59,943 nt of DNA from an uncultured virus (IMG/VR IMGVR_UViG_3300012277_000001) (taxonomy: Duplodnaviria; Heunggongvirae; Uroviricota; Caudoviricetes): positions 248,001-307,943 of IMG/VR virus record IMGVR_UViG_3300012277_000001; one strand, given 5' to 3'. Below, piece after piece: positions 9,274 through 19,326 of this stretch. The notes below the pieces were generated by a model. The model ran no database searches. It saw nothing but the letters and a program-made list of their open reading frames with translations, and had not been told where the DNA came from. Every line of letters starts with the position of its first letter. Within the stretch, counting starts at the first letter, position 1. Both the position numbers and the translations under genes were made by a program.

Positions 9274-10056
9274 ATGAAATTCGATAACTCTAACCTGCCA
9301 TCGCGCCTGATTCCGTACGCGGTGAAAACCATCGAAGCGAATCCGTTTCGGCCCCTGCATCTGCCTTACCTTTCTGAGGCAATTCTGACCAAGAACGATG
9401 CGCCGCTGATCGAGGCGGTGGGTATGGTTATCGACATGGACGTAAACCAGCTGACGGATGGGGATTTTTTCTACATTCTGACATGGCTGCGTTTCAATTC
9501 CCGCGACCTGCCGATTTATGCCGAATGGGAATGCGGCGGTATCGTTTTCAAACGGGCGGGTGATGAATCTGGCAAGATTTACACCATGGAAGAAATCGAC
9601 ACCATGGCCCAGCAATACCACGATGCACGTGGCACCGAGGCTGAAGGCCTGATGGAAGATCCTAGCAAGATTGAATGGATCGAAGAAGACTGCGACCACT
9701 ACAACAAACAGGATGTAGAGTTTGCGGATTTCGAAGTCAAGTTCATGGATGAATCCGAACTCGACCCACGGCTGGATTATCCACGGGTGCGGGATCTGGT
9801 GGCCTACAAGGAACTCGGGTCCGACGTACGCAACCAGAAGATCATCGGCCCCGTTCGCTATCTGCGTGAAGGCAATACGCTGCATGAGCGTCTGCATTCT
9901 CTCGAAAAGATCGACATGGAATTGTTCGATAAAGCGAGCCGTGCCCACTTCACGTTTGACCACGGTATTCTGCAACGCGTTTACAAGAAATGCGAACGCT
10001 GCGGCACCGAACATCCGTTCAACGTGAACATCGACGCGCATTCGTTCTTCGTGTGA
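9274..10056 (+). CDS. Baseplate hub assembly protein, T4 gp26/gp51-like
   Basis: LPSR, LT.GDF.Y.L..LR..S and YPR motifs; C-terminal CxxC followed by FF. Confidence 0.65.
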   Translation: MKFDNSNLPSRLIPYAVKTIEANPFRPLHLPYLSEAILTKNDAPLIEAVGMVIDMDVNQLTDGDFFYILTWLRFNSRDLPIYAEWECGGIVFKRAGDESGKIYTMEEIDTMAQQYHDARGTEAEGLMEDPSKIEWIEEDCDHYNKQDVEFADFEVKFMDESELDPRLDYPRVRDLVAYKELGSDVRNQKIIGPVRYLREGNTLHERLHSLEKIDMELFDKASRAHFTFDHGILQRVYKKCERCGTEHPFNVNIDAHSFFV

Positions 10057-11024
10057 TGAAAACGAACCTCGATGCGTCGTACATCGAAGTCGGGGATTTG
10101 CTCACAGGCAACCCGGCTAAAGATGATTTCTACGACTTCGACCGTATTTATTTGCGGCAGTTTACCCTTCGTGAATTGCCGTTGCTGCATACCGGTATGA
10201 ACGCCAAGACTCGGCCGCATCAGCACATTATTCGTGCGGTGCAAATGTGCTGCAACGTTGATATCGACCAATTGACAGACGGCGACTTCATGTACCTGAT
10301 GGCCCGTCTGCGTAAAAGTTCGTTCCCTGAATTTCCGGTGCGTGCGCAATACACGTGCTCCAACATGGTTTACGTGAACAGCAAAAACAACATCGGTTTC
10401 GGGATCAACCCCAAGGATGCAAAACGGTTGGGGTTCACGCTTCAGCCGTGCGGCCACCAGCAGTCAGAAGTGGTGCCGCATACGCAGGTGCTGACCAATA
10501 CACTGCCCGACGACAATAACCGCCTGAAGCATGATCGTATTTCGCTTCCTCGCGTGGGTACACTGACCGACTATTACGAATACGTGGAAGACTTCCCACG
10601 TTTCAAATACGTTGGTGACATTGCCCGTTGGGTAAAGCCCGGTAAAACATTCCGAGCAAAGCTGAATTATCTGATGGCACAGCCGGACATGAAGCTGTTC
10701 CAAGAAATCGAGAAAGTGAAGAACGATTGGTTCCATGGAGTCACGGAAAAAGTTCGCTTGCGTTGCGGACAGTGCAACCACGTGATGTTCCATGAAAGCA
10801 GCCCGTCGATGCTTCAGTTTTTCGCTGATAATTCCGACAAAGACATTTATAACATGGCCTACAACCTCATGTCGCGATTCGGCACGACGGTTGATCTGGA
10901 TATGCCTGTGCAATGGTTCCTGTATACGCATTCGGTTCTCGCGGCAGACGTACGCGACCAAGAACAGAAAGCGAAAGCGGCAGCAGCAGGCGGCGGAAAG
11001 GTCATGGGCACCCGTAGAAGGTAA
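10056..11024 (+). CDS. Second baseplate hub assembly protein (paralog of upstream gene)
   Basis: TGATG coupling; shares QLTDGDF.Y.L/M..LR..S, PRV and CxxC...FF motifs. Confidence 0.65.
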   Translation: MKTNLDASYIEVGDLLTGNPAKDDFYDFDRIYLRQFTLRELPLLHTGMNAKTRPHQHIIRAVQMCCNVDIDQLTDGDFMYLMARLRKSSFPEFPVRAQYTCSNMVYVNSKNNIGFGINPKDAKRLGFTLQPCGHQQSEVVPHTQVLTNTLPDDNNRLKHDRISLPRVGTLTDYYEYVEDFPRFKYVGDIARWVKPGKTFRAKLNYLMAQPDMKLFQEIEKVKNDWFHGVTEKVRLRCGQCNHVMFHESSPSMLQFFADNSDKDIYNMAYNLMSRFGTTVDLDMPVQWFLYTHSVLAADVRDQEQKAKAAAAGGGKVMGTRRR

Positions 11025-11029
11025 AAAGC

Positions 11030-14000
11030 ATGGCTGCACTTGAGGCACTGAATGCAATCGTAGATAAGCATGGCTCCGAGCACGACGCAAAAGAGCCACC
11101 AAAGCGGCGCAGTATTCATGAGCAGACCCCGCGCCTCATGCAGCATGCGCACGTTCCACAAAATGATGGTGTGTCTTTTTCTGGCCAGAAAAAACATTCT
11201 TATGCACGTTCTGGCCAGCGCAATGAAAACCAGAAAACCAATCTGCCTGCCGTTCGTACCCAAGCACAGCAGCACGACCGCCAAGCGGAAGCAATCGACG
11301 GCCAAACGCAGGTAATTCGTGCACAGGCAGTTGGTCAACAAAAGCAATCGAACCTGATGCTGCAACAATCTGGTTTGATGCAGGATCAGTTGCACGCTAC
11401 GCAGGAAATGTCGGACGTAATCAATCGTCTGGCAGAATACATGCAAAAGCAAATGACCCGCCCCGAAGCCAAAGTGCAGCGGATGGGTAACACGTACGAA
11501 GGCGAATTCACGAAGATCAACGAAAAGCAGTTGGCGGCGCAAGAACGCCGTATGACTGTGCTCGACGAACTCCGTGAAAAGCGTCGTGAAATGCAGCGTA
11601 TTCGCGCATCGAAACAGGAACGTGATCGCCTCGGTCGATTCACGCGCAGCGCCCCCAAAGGCCCCAAACTGCAACGTGTCGGTGGGGGTGTGCGTGGAAT
11701 TGGCGGGATGCTCGAAGGCGGCATGATGGAAGGCATGGGCGGACGTGCTGCTGGTATGGCGGCGCGGGCTGCATGGCCCCTGCTTGCACTGGCTGCTGCC
11801 TACTACGGTTCCAAAGCAATGACTGCCGCTTCGGATAATTATACGTTCGAAAAGAAAGATTCGAACATGGTTACTCGCGGCTGGCAAAACACCAAGGATT
11901 GGGTGGGTGATAAATTCCGCGACGATCCGGGCGAATCTTTCCTCGACAAAGCCACGGTTAAATCGGGCGGTAAGCAGCAAGGCGAACTGATGGGCGAAAG
12001 TGCCCGTCATAAAGATTTTGGTTCGATCAGCGCTGCATTCGAATCAGGCAATAAAGGCGTGGGCACCGTGTCCACCGGCAAAGGTGACAAAGGCGGTGTT
12101 TCCTACGGTAAGCACCAGCTAAGTTCCAAAGCCGGGACCATGACCGCATTTTTGCGTTCGGAAGATGGCCAGAAATACTACAACGATTTCCGGGGTATGG
12201 CACCCGGCTCCGAAGAGTTCAACAAGAAATACAAAGAGGTTGCAGACCGCGACGGCGAAGGCTTTGACAAAGCGCAACAGGCGTTCACCACAAAGACCCA
12301 CTACAACCCGGTCGCTGCGTGGTTTGAAAAGCAATACGATATCAAACTGGATGAACGTTCCCGCGCTCTGAAAGAATGCGTTTATTCGGTTGCAGTTCAG
12401 TACGGTTTGAGCACCGCCAAGTCTGTTTTGGCTGATGCATTTGGTAATCGCGACATTACCAAAATGCCCGATGCCGAAATGATCGACCGCGTGCAGGAAA
12501 CTCGCGCCGCGACCGTGGGTACACGTTTCCGTTCCAGTAGCCAAGACGTGCAGGATAGCGTTTACAAACGCGCCGGTACTGAAAAAGCTGCGCTGCTGAA
12601 AATGTTGAACGAAGAACAAGGCGGCCCCGGTTCTGCCAAGGCTTCCGGTTCCGGCATCGGCTCGCAGTATTCGCAGCAAATGATTGGCGTTTACGGTGGT
12701 AAAACATCGGGCGCAAATCAGAGCGGGACCGCATCTAACGGCACGGTCGGTGTTATGGCCATGCCTCAAGGTGGTGGCGGTGGAATGTCTGGCGCTGGCG
12801 ACGAAGCCGGGGGCGGAACTGCTGCTGGAATGCTGTCGCCTGCAAATGGCGCGCTGTATGCGTTGGGTCAGAAACACGTACGCCCCAACGACAACTCGGT
12901 AAATATGTCTGGTTTGAATGATAAATTCAAGCAAGCATTTTTCACCATGGTTGGTGACTGGGTACAAAACAGCGGAGGCACCGTTGTAAACGTGGCATCT
13001 GCTTTCCGTACGCGTGCTGAACAGGAAAAGCTGTGGATTAAATACGGACGTAACACCAAACGCGTTGCACGTCCGGGCACCAGCCGCCACGAATCAGGTT
13101 TTGCAATCGACATTGACCGCAATTCTGCGAGTGCGATGGAAGGTGCGGGCCTGTTCAAGAAATACGGTTTCCATCGACCACTTTCCAACGAGCCGTGGCA
13201 CGTTGAAATGATTGGTGCAGGGAAAGGCGGTGCGGGTGGTGGCCCTCAAGTTGCGGCGGCCAATGCCAGCCCCCAACTGATGCAGCAGCAAGCATCGCAG
13301 GAAATGGACAAAGCCGCTGAGGCCACTGTAAACCGCGCCGAAGAAAACACGAAAGGTACGGAAAAAACATGGTCGCAAAAGCTTAACGAGAAAAAGCCTC
13401 CTACCGATTCTGAGACTGGCGGCACCTCCAAAGCAGCCGAAGCAAACGGCGCTAAAGCCAAGGCCGGACTTGAGGAAGAGGAAGAAGAGGAAGAGGTAGG
13501 CGAAAAGCCAGATGACATTGGTGAAAACGACACCAAAATAATCAACAAAGAGGTTATGCCTCCGACCGTTGATGTTATGGGCGGTGCACCGACTACGCGC
13601 ACACCTGAAGAGCAGGCGCTTTATGAGCAATACCTGAAACAGGCTGGCGGTGATCCTCGCGGTGTTCCTGAAACGATTTCGAACCCCGGTCAAAATCCGT
13701 TCGGCAGTCCAGAATTGCAACGCACGAATCCGGGGTCTGGAACGCCTACGTGGTCACAGCGTAATGCAGGGCGCGGGGCTAATGGTGTACCGGGTTCCAA
13801 TGGCGGCTATACGTCTGGTCAGTATGGGCAGCGTGCACGGCCATGGTCGCAAAGCCAAACCGGTCGGGCGATTACGGGCGCCGCAACGAAAATAGGCAAC
13901 GTTTATGGAATGGGTGGGTTCGGTACAATGGCCCCCGGTGTGTTCGGTGGGTTGCGGAAAGTTGACGGAAAAGTAAACGATGTTTTGAACAAGGTTCCGG

Positions 14001-14587
14001 GCCTCCGTGAGCTTTCCCGTTTGCCGGGTATTCCACAAATTCCACGGCTGTCTAATGGCCTGCCGAGTTTCGGAAATATCGTGACGGGCGTTGCGGATCG
14101 TGCAGCTGGTTTGTTTGGCGGCAACGATGCGCCTGTAACTGTTCCTGCGAATGAACGCCCCAAAGTGATGAACGGAATGAAAGTCACTTATGACGGTCCA
14201 GCCGTAACATCGACCGATCAAATTGGCACAACCTCCGTTAACGCTTCTGTGCCTCCAATGTCGCCAGCTTCGCCTACCTATTACAACAATGATGCACCTG
14301 TTGTAACGCGCAGCGCAGGCGCCCCGGTAGCCACGCTTTCTTCCCCGGCGCCGACTTCGTTAGCGCCTGCACCTGATAAGATCGAACGTAATTCGTACGA
14401 TGGTGTGCAGAAAGTTGCCATTAGTTCTTCGGATGTTCCAATGGGCGGTAGTGCACCTGCACCAGCAGCACCGGGGGCACCGGGGGCCGGTAGTGGTGGC
14501 GCGAAAAACGATATGCCGTCAATCGACGACGTGCCTGCAATCATGGATGAATACGGGCTTCTCTTTGTGAATATGGGAATGGTGTAA
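11030..14587 (+). CDS. Tape-measure/baseplate hub protein with VgrG3-C-like muramidase and peptidase M15 domains
   Basis: Coiled-coil N-terminus; ES...G.VSTGKGD.GGVSYG.HQL (~12017-12616); SAFRT..EQ..L, PG.S.HE.G.AID and EPWH motifs (~12878-13210). Confidence 0.75.
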   Translation: MAALEALNAIVDKHGSEHDAKEPPKRRSIHEQTPRLMQHAHVPQNDGVSFSGQKKHSYARSGQRNENQKTNLPAVRTQAQQHDRQAEAIDGQTQVIRAQAVGQQKQSNLMLQQSGLMQDQLHATQEMSDVINRLAEYMQKQMTRPEAKVQRMGNTYEGEFTKINEKQLAAQERRMTVLDELREKRREMQRIRASKQERDRLGRFTRSAPKGPKLQRVGGGVRGIGGMLEGGMMEGMGGRAAGMAARAAWPLLALAAAYYGSKAMTAASDNYTFEKKDSNMVTRGWQNTKDWVGDKFRDDPGESFLDKATVKSGGKQQGELMGESARHKDFGSISAAFESGNKGVGTVSTGKGDKGGVSYGKHQLSSKAGTMTAFLRSEDGQKYYNDFRGMAPGSEEFNKKYKEVADRDGEGFDKAQQAFTTKTHYNPVAAWFEKQYDIKLDERSRALKECVYSVAVQYGLSTAKSVLADAFGNRDITKMPDAEMIDRVQETRAATVGTRFRSSSQDVQDSVYKRAGTEKAALLKMLNEEQGGPGSAKASGSGIGSQYSQQMIGVYGGKTSGANQSGTASNGTVGVMAMPQGGGGGMSGAGDEAGGGTAAGMLSPANGALYALGQKHVRPNDNSVNMSGLNDKFKQAFFTMVGDWVQNSGGTVVNVASAFRTRAEQEKLWIKYGRNTKRVARPGTSRHESGFAIDIDRNSASAMEGAGLFKKYGFHRPLSNEPWHVEMIGAGKGGAGGGPQVAAANASPQLMQQQASQEMDKAAEATVNRAEENTKGTEKTWSQKLNEKKPPTDSETGGTSKAAEANGAKAKAGLEEEEEEEEVGEKPDDIGENDTKIINKEVMPPTVDVMGGAPTTRTPEEQALYEQYLKQAGGDPRGVPETISNPGQNPFGSPELQRTNPGSGTPTWSQRNAGRGANGVPGSNGGYTSGQYGQRARPWSQSQTGRAITGAATKIGNVYGMGGFGTMAPGVFGGLRKVDGKVNDVLNKVPGLRELSRLPGIPQIPRLSNGLPSFGNIVTGVADRAAGLFGGNDAPVTVPANERPKVMNGMKVTYDGPAVTSTDQIGTTSVNASVPPMSPASPTYYNNDAPVVTRSAGAPVATLSSPAPTSLAPAPDKIERNSYDGVQKVAISSSDVPMGGSAPAPAAPGAPGAGSGGAKNDMPSIDDVPAIMDEYGLLFVNMGMV

Positions 14588-14590
14588 CAC

Positions 14591-15307
14591 ATGTCAATTA
14601 TCGCGAATGCTTTCACTCCGAAATTGCCATCCCCCACGCGCTCCAAACCGAACATTTCCAGCATCTACACGATTCAAATGGACGTGCGCCGGGATGGAGC
14701 GAGCTACATGACCTTGGATACGCCGTTGCCTGAAAACTTCGGCTTTTCCTTGGCTTCCCAGTACGACCGACCGTTTGCAAAACCGCTTTCGCAAATTGCA
14801 GGTGATGCGGTCGGTATGGGAAGCAGTGCGGGTTCGGCAGAAGACGTGTTGCGTGCCTCGACAGGCGTAACGTCGATCATGAAATATCTTTCGGGTGCCG
14901 TTTGGTCGTCGGGTTCTTCGATGACCATTTCTGTTCCGTTTGTGATCGTGGCCCACGATAACGCCTATCTCGAAGTTACGGACACAATCAAAAAACTTAC
15001 GCAGCTGGCCGCCCCTTCCGAATCGGAATCGGGCACGCTGGTTGCGCCCGGCCCACACGTCGGTAACACGGGTGCTTTGCTGGCCGGTGATTTTTCTGGA
15101 GGTATGCAGCTGGGCGGCGACGAAATCATTTTGAGGATTGGTCGCTTCCTGAAATTCACGCCCTGCATTATCAATTCGGTGCACACTACGTTCGACTCTC
15201 AATTCGACGGAATGGGCAACCCAATTGCGGCCACAATCAACGTTGAATTCGAAGCCTTCTGGACCACAACGAAAGAAGACCTCGATAAATTCTTTACCAT
15301 GATCTGA
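14591..15307 (+). CDS. Putative baseplate/tail tube cap protein (T4 gp48-like)
   Basis: C-terminal C.I.SV...FD......G.PI.A.I.VEF pattern; position after the tape measure gene. Confidence 0.55.
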   Translation: MSIIANAFTPKLPSPTRSKPNISSIYTIQMDVRRDGASYMTLDTPLPENFGFSLASQYDRPFAKPLSQIAGDAVGMGSSAGSAEDVLRASTGVTSIMKYLSGAVWSSGSSMTISVPFVIVAHDNAYLEVTDTIKKLTQLAAPSESESGTLVAPGPHVGNTGALLAGDFSGGMQLGGDEIILRIGRFLKFTPCIINSVHTTFDSQFDGMGNPIAATINVEFEAFWTTTKEDLDKFFTMI

Positions 15308-15317
15308 CGGGTGAGTT

Positions 15318-15647
15318 ATGCCAGTTTTCAATCAGCGTGAATTTGTGTCAGTGGACGAATTCGGCATCGACCCGCTTTTGGATGAATCGTACGACGCCAT
15401 CGCTGGTACGACCTCTTTCAAAAACTATACGGTTAGTGCCACCGAGCAATTCAACCCCGGCCTGATCGCGTACAACACGTACCGCAACGTGAAGTGGTGG
15501 CGGGCCATCATGGTCTATAACGGCTTCATCGACATTTGGGAAATCACGGAAAACACCAAGATAAAAATTCCGGATATCAACGAAATGACGACCCGGTTGC
15601 AGCGTGCTAAGACCGGCGCCACCAGTAGTGTGACGCTAACCCTCTAA
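15318..15647 (+). CDS. LysM-like baseplate wedge protein (T4 gp53-like)
   Basis: P.LIAY..Y.....W..IM.YN...D.......IKIP motif. Confidence 0.75.
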   Translation: MPVFNQREFVSVDEFGIDPLLDESYDAIAGTTSFKNYTVSATEQFNPGLIAYNTYRNVKWWRAIMVYNGFIDIWEITENTKIKIPDINEMTTRLQRAKTGATSSVTLTL

Positions 15648-15668
15648 ACTGTAAATCCATAGCAACAC
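15648..15668 (+). promoter_or_regulatory. Candidate phage promoter ACTGTAAA(T)...AGCAACAC
   Basis: Recurs in or at intergenic gaps at 21460, 29090 and 35163. Confidence 0.4.
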
Positions 15669-15684
15669 AAACTAGGAACCTGTC

Positions 15685-16956
15685 ATGGCTCAAGCATCCC
15701 TCAATATCGAAGGTATGGCTTTTTGCACGCTCGACATTGCAGGTAGTTCCATGCCGCCTTCCATGAGCATGATCGAAAGCATTCTGATCATGGAAGGTTT
15801 TGGTATGGGTTTGCCTACAATGCGTCTTAGCCTGTTCGACGAAAAAGAAACCTTGAGCCGTGACCTCAACCTCAAGGAAGGGACAACAATTGCTATTCGT
15901 TTGGGGAAGACGGCGGACGCTGCGCCAGAATTCAAATTCCGGGTGTTTGGTTGGGGCCGACACCGGAACTCTAGCGGTAAAGTATTGAACGTGGTGTGCA
16001 TCCTCGACGCACCTAAATTCGGCGCCGGATCTTTCGCAGAATCATTCGACGGATCTTCTGCTAACGTCATGCAGCAAATTGCCGAACGTTCTAATCTGCG
16101 TTACGAAGGCCCAACCGGGGATACCAAAGACACGCAGGTCTGGCTCAACATAAACAACAATCGCCTGTCGTTTTCTGAAGACGTGGCGCTGCGTGGTTTT
16201 ATCAGTGAATCTAGCTGCATGGCTCGCACCGTGCGCATGGACGGCACACTGGTTTACAAAGACCTGATGGCCGTTCTAAAAGAGCAACCGAAAAACACGT
16301 TGGTTCACAACAAAGACGGGGCTGGTGCTAGCGGGAAAGCGGTAGACGTGCGCGAAGCTAAAGACCGTTCCTACTCCGGACTGTTTGCGCATTTCGTCAA
16401 TTACGGGCACAAGCTGTTCGGTCATGATTTCGGCTCCGAGGATGCAACATTTTCTATTGAATCCATCGACGTTGACGCACCATCGTCTGCTGGCGTTCCT
16501 GTAAACGCTGAAGTGCTGGCCATGCTCAAGGATCGCGGGGCGCGGGTGACGTACGCCGGTTATGATCCGGGCACTGGTCCTGAAGAAGGTTTCAACATTC
16601 ACGAAAACTATGAACGTGCGTATTACCAAAACGTGCGTTTCCTCTCGATGTTTAGTGAGGGCGTTATTGCACTCACTGATTCGGCGACCGAAGTAAAAAC
16701 TTTCGAGTCCATCGACTATCAGCAGGGCGCAGGCGCCAAAGGGCCGGGCACCCCAGCACCAAACGATATTGCAGGTCGGTACATTGTGGGTGGTAAGTCG
16801 ATTTTGATCAAAGGCGGTAAGAAGTATTCCGAACTCTTTTATCTCTATCGTCCGTTCCTCACTGAGGCCGGGAACCCCAACGGAACCGACGCACCTAAAA
16901 AGACCGTGAGCGCCAGCCAATCCGGCGTCAACACTAGCAGCAGAAACTTCACTTGA
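15685..16956 (+). CDS. Putative baseplate hub protein (gp27/GPD-like)
   Basis: Follows the LysM gene; beta-rich; G.Y.V.G motif near the C-terminus. Confidence 0.55.
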   Translation: MAQASLNIEGMAFCTLDIAGSSMPPSMSMIESILIMEGFGMGLPTMRLSLFDEKETLSRDLNLKEGTTIAIRLGKTADAAPEFKFRVFGWGRHRNSSGKVLNVVCILDAPKFGAGSFAESFDGSSANVMQQIAERSNLRYEGPTGDTKDTQVWLNINNNRLSFSEDVALRGFISESSCMARTVRMDGTLVYKDLMAVLKEQPKNTLVHNKDGAGASGKAVDVREAKDRSYSGLFAHFVNYGHKLFGHDFGSEDATFSIESIDVDAPSSAGVPVNAEVLAMLKDRGARVTYAGYDPGTGPEEGFNIHENYERAYYQNVRFLSMFSEGVIALTDSATEVKTFESIDYQQGAGAKGPGTPAPNDIAGRYIVGGKSILIKGGKKYSELFYLYRPFLTEAGNPNGTDAPKKTVSASQSGVNTSSRNFT

Positions 16957-17204
16957 TCATCGAAATCTACATCGACAATCACGCAAAGCCAGACCACGTT
17001 GCAGAAACTGTAAACACAATGGGTCTGGAGGTGATTAGCCTCGAACACGCCGACGACGTTAGCTGCATTCAGTTGCCTAACCGTAATGGTATTGAAAAAC
17101 TTCAAATGCTGGATATTATGCATGTCCGAACAGCCGAGCAAAATGAGTTGTATCGAAGAAGCAATCGAACAGGTCAAGATGATCAGTTCGATCAGCCTCG
17201 TTAG
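16953..17204 (+). CDS. Hypothetical protein (uncertain)
   Basis: TTGA overlap start, but overlaps the next ORF by ~80 nt. Confidence 0.35.
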   Translation: MIIEIYIDNHAKPDHVAETVNTMGLEVISLEHADDVSCIQLPNRNGIEKLQMLDIMHVRTAEQNELYRRSNRTGQDDQFDQPR

Positions 17205-17445
17205 TCAGAATAATCTAAAGTACGTGCCGCTACCGCACGTGCTGTTCCAGCTGGAAATTGCAGCCGAGCGTGATCAAGTTTCCCGCCAGCTACAAATTTC
17301 GCAGGTGCTTAACGAACTGTTGATTTCCATTCAACGTGAGCTAAATAGCCGTGATCCGGATCAGCGCCGCAACCTGACTATGGAAGACGTGACGCTCGCG
17401 TTCCTGAACAAAATCCAGCAAGTGCAATCGGGGCAAACGAAATGA
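17122..17445 (+). CDS. Hypothetical helical protein
   Basis: Open frame with ATGA coupling to the next gene; start uncertain. Confidence 0.6.
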   Translation: MSEQPSKMSCIEEAIEQVKMISSISLVSQNNLKYVPLPHVLFQLEIAAERDQVSRQLQISQVLNELLISIQRELNSRDPDQRRNLTMEDVTLAFLNKIQQVQSGQTK

Positions 17446-17672
17446 GCAACAGCGATGAAATTCCACCATGCGATCAGGAAGTTTACGATAAAGGCGTAGG
17501 CATCTACGTTGGGGAATTGTCGAAGCACATGGCCGAGCATATCTGTAAAGGTTTGACAGAAGTGCTCCAACCTTCCACTGGCGTCAAGGTTGATTGGCAT
17601 TATATGGGTGGTCGTGTGATCATGCGTGTATTGCTGCCTGAAGCCAAGCAAGACCAAAATTCTGCGACTTAA
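17442..17672 (+). CDS. Hypothetical protein
   Basis: ATGA overlap; VDWHYMGGR motif. Confidence 0.65.
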   Translation: MSNSDEIPPCDQEVYDKGVGIYVGELSKHMAEHICKGLTEVLQPSTGVKVDWHYMGGRVIMRVLLPEAKQDQNSAT

Positions 17673-17687
17673 AAAAGGGGAAATACA

Positions 17688-18431
17688 ATGCCGGGTATCA
17701 TGTCGGATCGTTGGATCGAAACCATGTGCCAGCCACAACGCAAAGCGCTGTTTATCAACGGTGAGTTTTATGCGTGGGCCAATACACACAAGGCACGTAA
17801 AGCCCGCGAAGTTCCACCGTGCGGCGCCCGTATTCTGAATGAACGTTTCATCGACCAAACGCCGATGATCAGCCCGTTCTCGAACAAGCAGGTTTCGCAG
17901 GTCGAGTACAAAGCTGTAGGCGACGACGACGGCGAACGTTCTGTACACAAGATCATTCCCTACGGTCTGAGCAGCTACGGCTACGACATTCGCTGCGGTA
18001 ACGAATTCAAGATTTTCACCAACCTGAATACCACGGTTGTTGATCCAAAGAATTTCACCGAAGACAACTTCGTAACGAAGACGGTCCGCGACGGCCAAGC
18101 AGTGATCATTCCGCCGAACTCTTTTGCGCTGGCAAACACGCCTGAGCAATTCAAGATCGACCGTGACACGCTGGTGGTGTGCTTGGGCAAATCGACGTAT
18201 GCCCGCTGTGGCATTATCGTAAACGTTACGCCATTAGAGCCTGAATGGGAAGGCTCACTCACGCTGGAATTCAGCAACACCACGCCGCTTCCTGCCATGA
18301 TTTATGCGGGTGAGGGCTGTGCACAAATTCTGTTCTTCTCCGGCGACGATGACTGCGATATTTCGTACGCAGATCGCAAGGGCAAGTACATGAATCAGTC
18401 GGCAGTTCCGACCTCCCCGAAAATGCTGTGA
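17688..18431 (+). CDS. dcd: dCTP deaminase
   Basis: [42 protein letters not shown] and YADRKGKY motifs. Confidence 0.95.
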   Translation: MPGIMSDRWIETMCQPQRKALFINGEFYAWANTHKARKAREVPPCGARILNERFIDQTPMISPFSNKQVSQVEYKAVGDDDGERSVHKIIPYGLSSYGYDIRCGNEFKIFTNLNTTVVDPKNFTEDNFVTKTVRDGQAVIIPPNSFALANTPEQFKIDRDTLVVCLGKSTYARCGIIVNVTPLEPEWEGSLTLEFSNTTPLPAMIYAGEGCAQILFFSGDDDCDISYADRKGKYMNQSAVPTSPKML

Positions 18432-18437
18432 GGCCCC

Positions 18438-18782
18438 ATGAGCGACGATTTTGATGTTGCTGAATTGTTGGATTGCTTCGCCCGAATCTTCACAGAAGCA
18501 TTCGAAAGTAATTCTGTTGCACCTGTGTCTGCGAGCGTATTACCAGCCAAACCAATCGAAGTTCCGCCACCGAATCCAAAATATCCGGAAGGTGCTAAAT
18601 ATCGGGTTCTGGAAAACGAATGGTGGGACAATGTAACGACCAACGACGTTCTGACTGTGGTTTACTCTACCAGTTTGGAAGTTCTTTTCCGCCATCCACG
18701 CGGCGGCAATCTCGTTGTTCCTATGGGCATGATTGACGACTTTGAAAAGGTTGGCGACGATGCGAATAACTGTATCAGTTAA
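18438..18782 (+). CDS. Hypothetical protein (SH3-like beta C-terminus)
   Basis: SD GAGG; compact ORF in an operon. Confidence 0.65.
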   Translation: MSDDFDVAELLDCFARIFTEAFESNSVAPVSASVLPAKPIEVPPPNPKYPEGAKYRVLENEWWDNVTTNDVLTVVYSTSLEVLFRHPRGGNLVVPMGMIDDFEKVGDDANNCIS

Positions 18783-19104
18783 CGACAAGCCAGTGCCACC
18801 TGTAGATCGGCTGTGCCGGTGGTTGCGTGTCTATTTCACGCTGTGGCACCCGGCATTGATGCTGTTCCTGTGCGGGCGGTTCCTGTGGATTTACGGCGTA
18901 GATCGCTCCACGGTCCTCATGGATAAAATGGTGGACGGTGCACGAATTGTCGTTACCCAAAACCTCGACCACTGGAGCACCTTTGATCGCATCATGATTT
19001 TCGCGGTAATCGCGTGCATCTGGTTCTACGTTTCGAACTACATTCCGCGTTGGTGGAAAATCGTTCGTCGTATGAATTACAACCGTGTTTCGAGGATCGG
19101 ATAA
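18760..19104 (+). CDS. Membrane protein (2 predicted TM segments)
   Basis: Two hydrophobic stretches and a basic C-terminus. Confidence 0.6.
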   Translation: MRITVSVNDKPVPPVDRLCRWLRVYFTLWHPALMLFLCGRFLWIYGVDRSTVLMDKMVDGARIVVTQNLDHWSTFDRIMIFAVIACIWFYVSNYIPRWWKIVRRMNYNRVSRIG

Positions 19105-19262
19105 TGTTCGGCTTTCTGAAATACGTTGGCGCCACATGGGCTGAAAAAGTGGATCGCGAAAAACCCAGCGTAACGTGCTGCGTTAAAGGCTGCAAACCAA
19201 TCAAGGGCCGTGCCTATTTTTGGCGGGGCCACTGCCAACGCTGCGGGCATAAGCCGCGCTAA
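19104..19262 (+). CDS. Small Cys-rich (Zn-ribbon) protein
   Basis: TAATG coupling, SD GAGG, CC...C and CxxC. Confidence 0.6.
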   Translation: MFGFLKYVGATWAEKVDREKPSVTCCVKGCKPIKGRAYFWRGHCQRCGHKPR

Positions 19263-19268
19263 AACCAT

Positions 19269-19301
19269 ACGGGATTTGCCTTTCGGTAGATCCCGTTTTT
19301 T
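19269..19301 (+). terminator. Intrinsic terminator
   Basis: acgggatttgcc-tttc-ggtagatcccgt plus T-run. Confidence 0.85.
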
Positions 19302-19326
19302 GTTTCTACACAATAAGGACAAAATC

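Noticed and set aside
9465..9471. T TTT TTC slippery heptamer in the gene before the tape-measure block (possible G/GT frameshift)
   Set aside because: It is dictated by the conserved D-F-F motif, and the -1 frame hits TGA within about 30 codons
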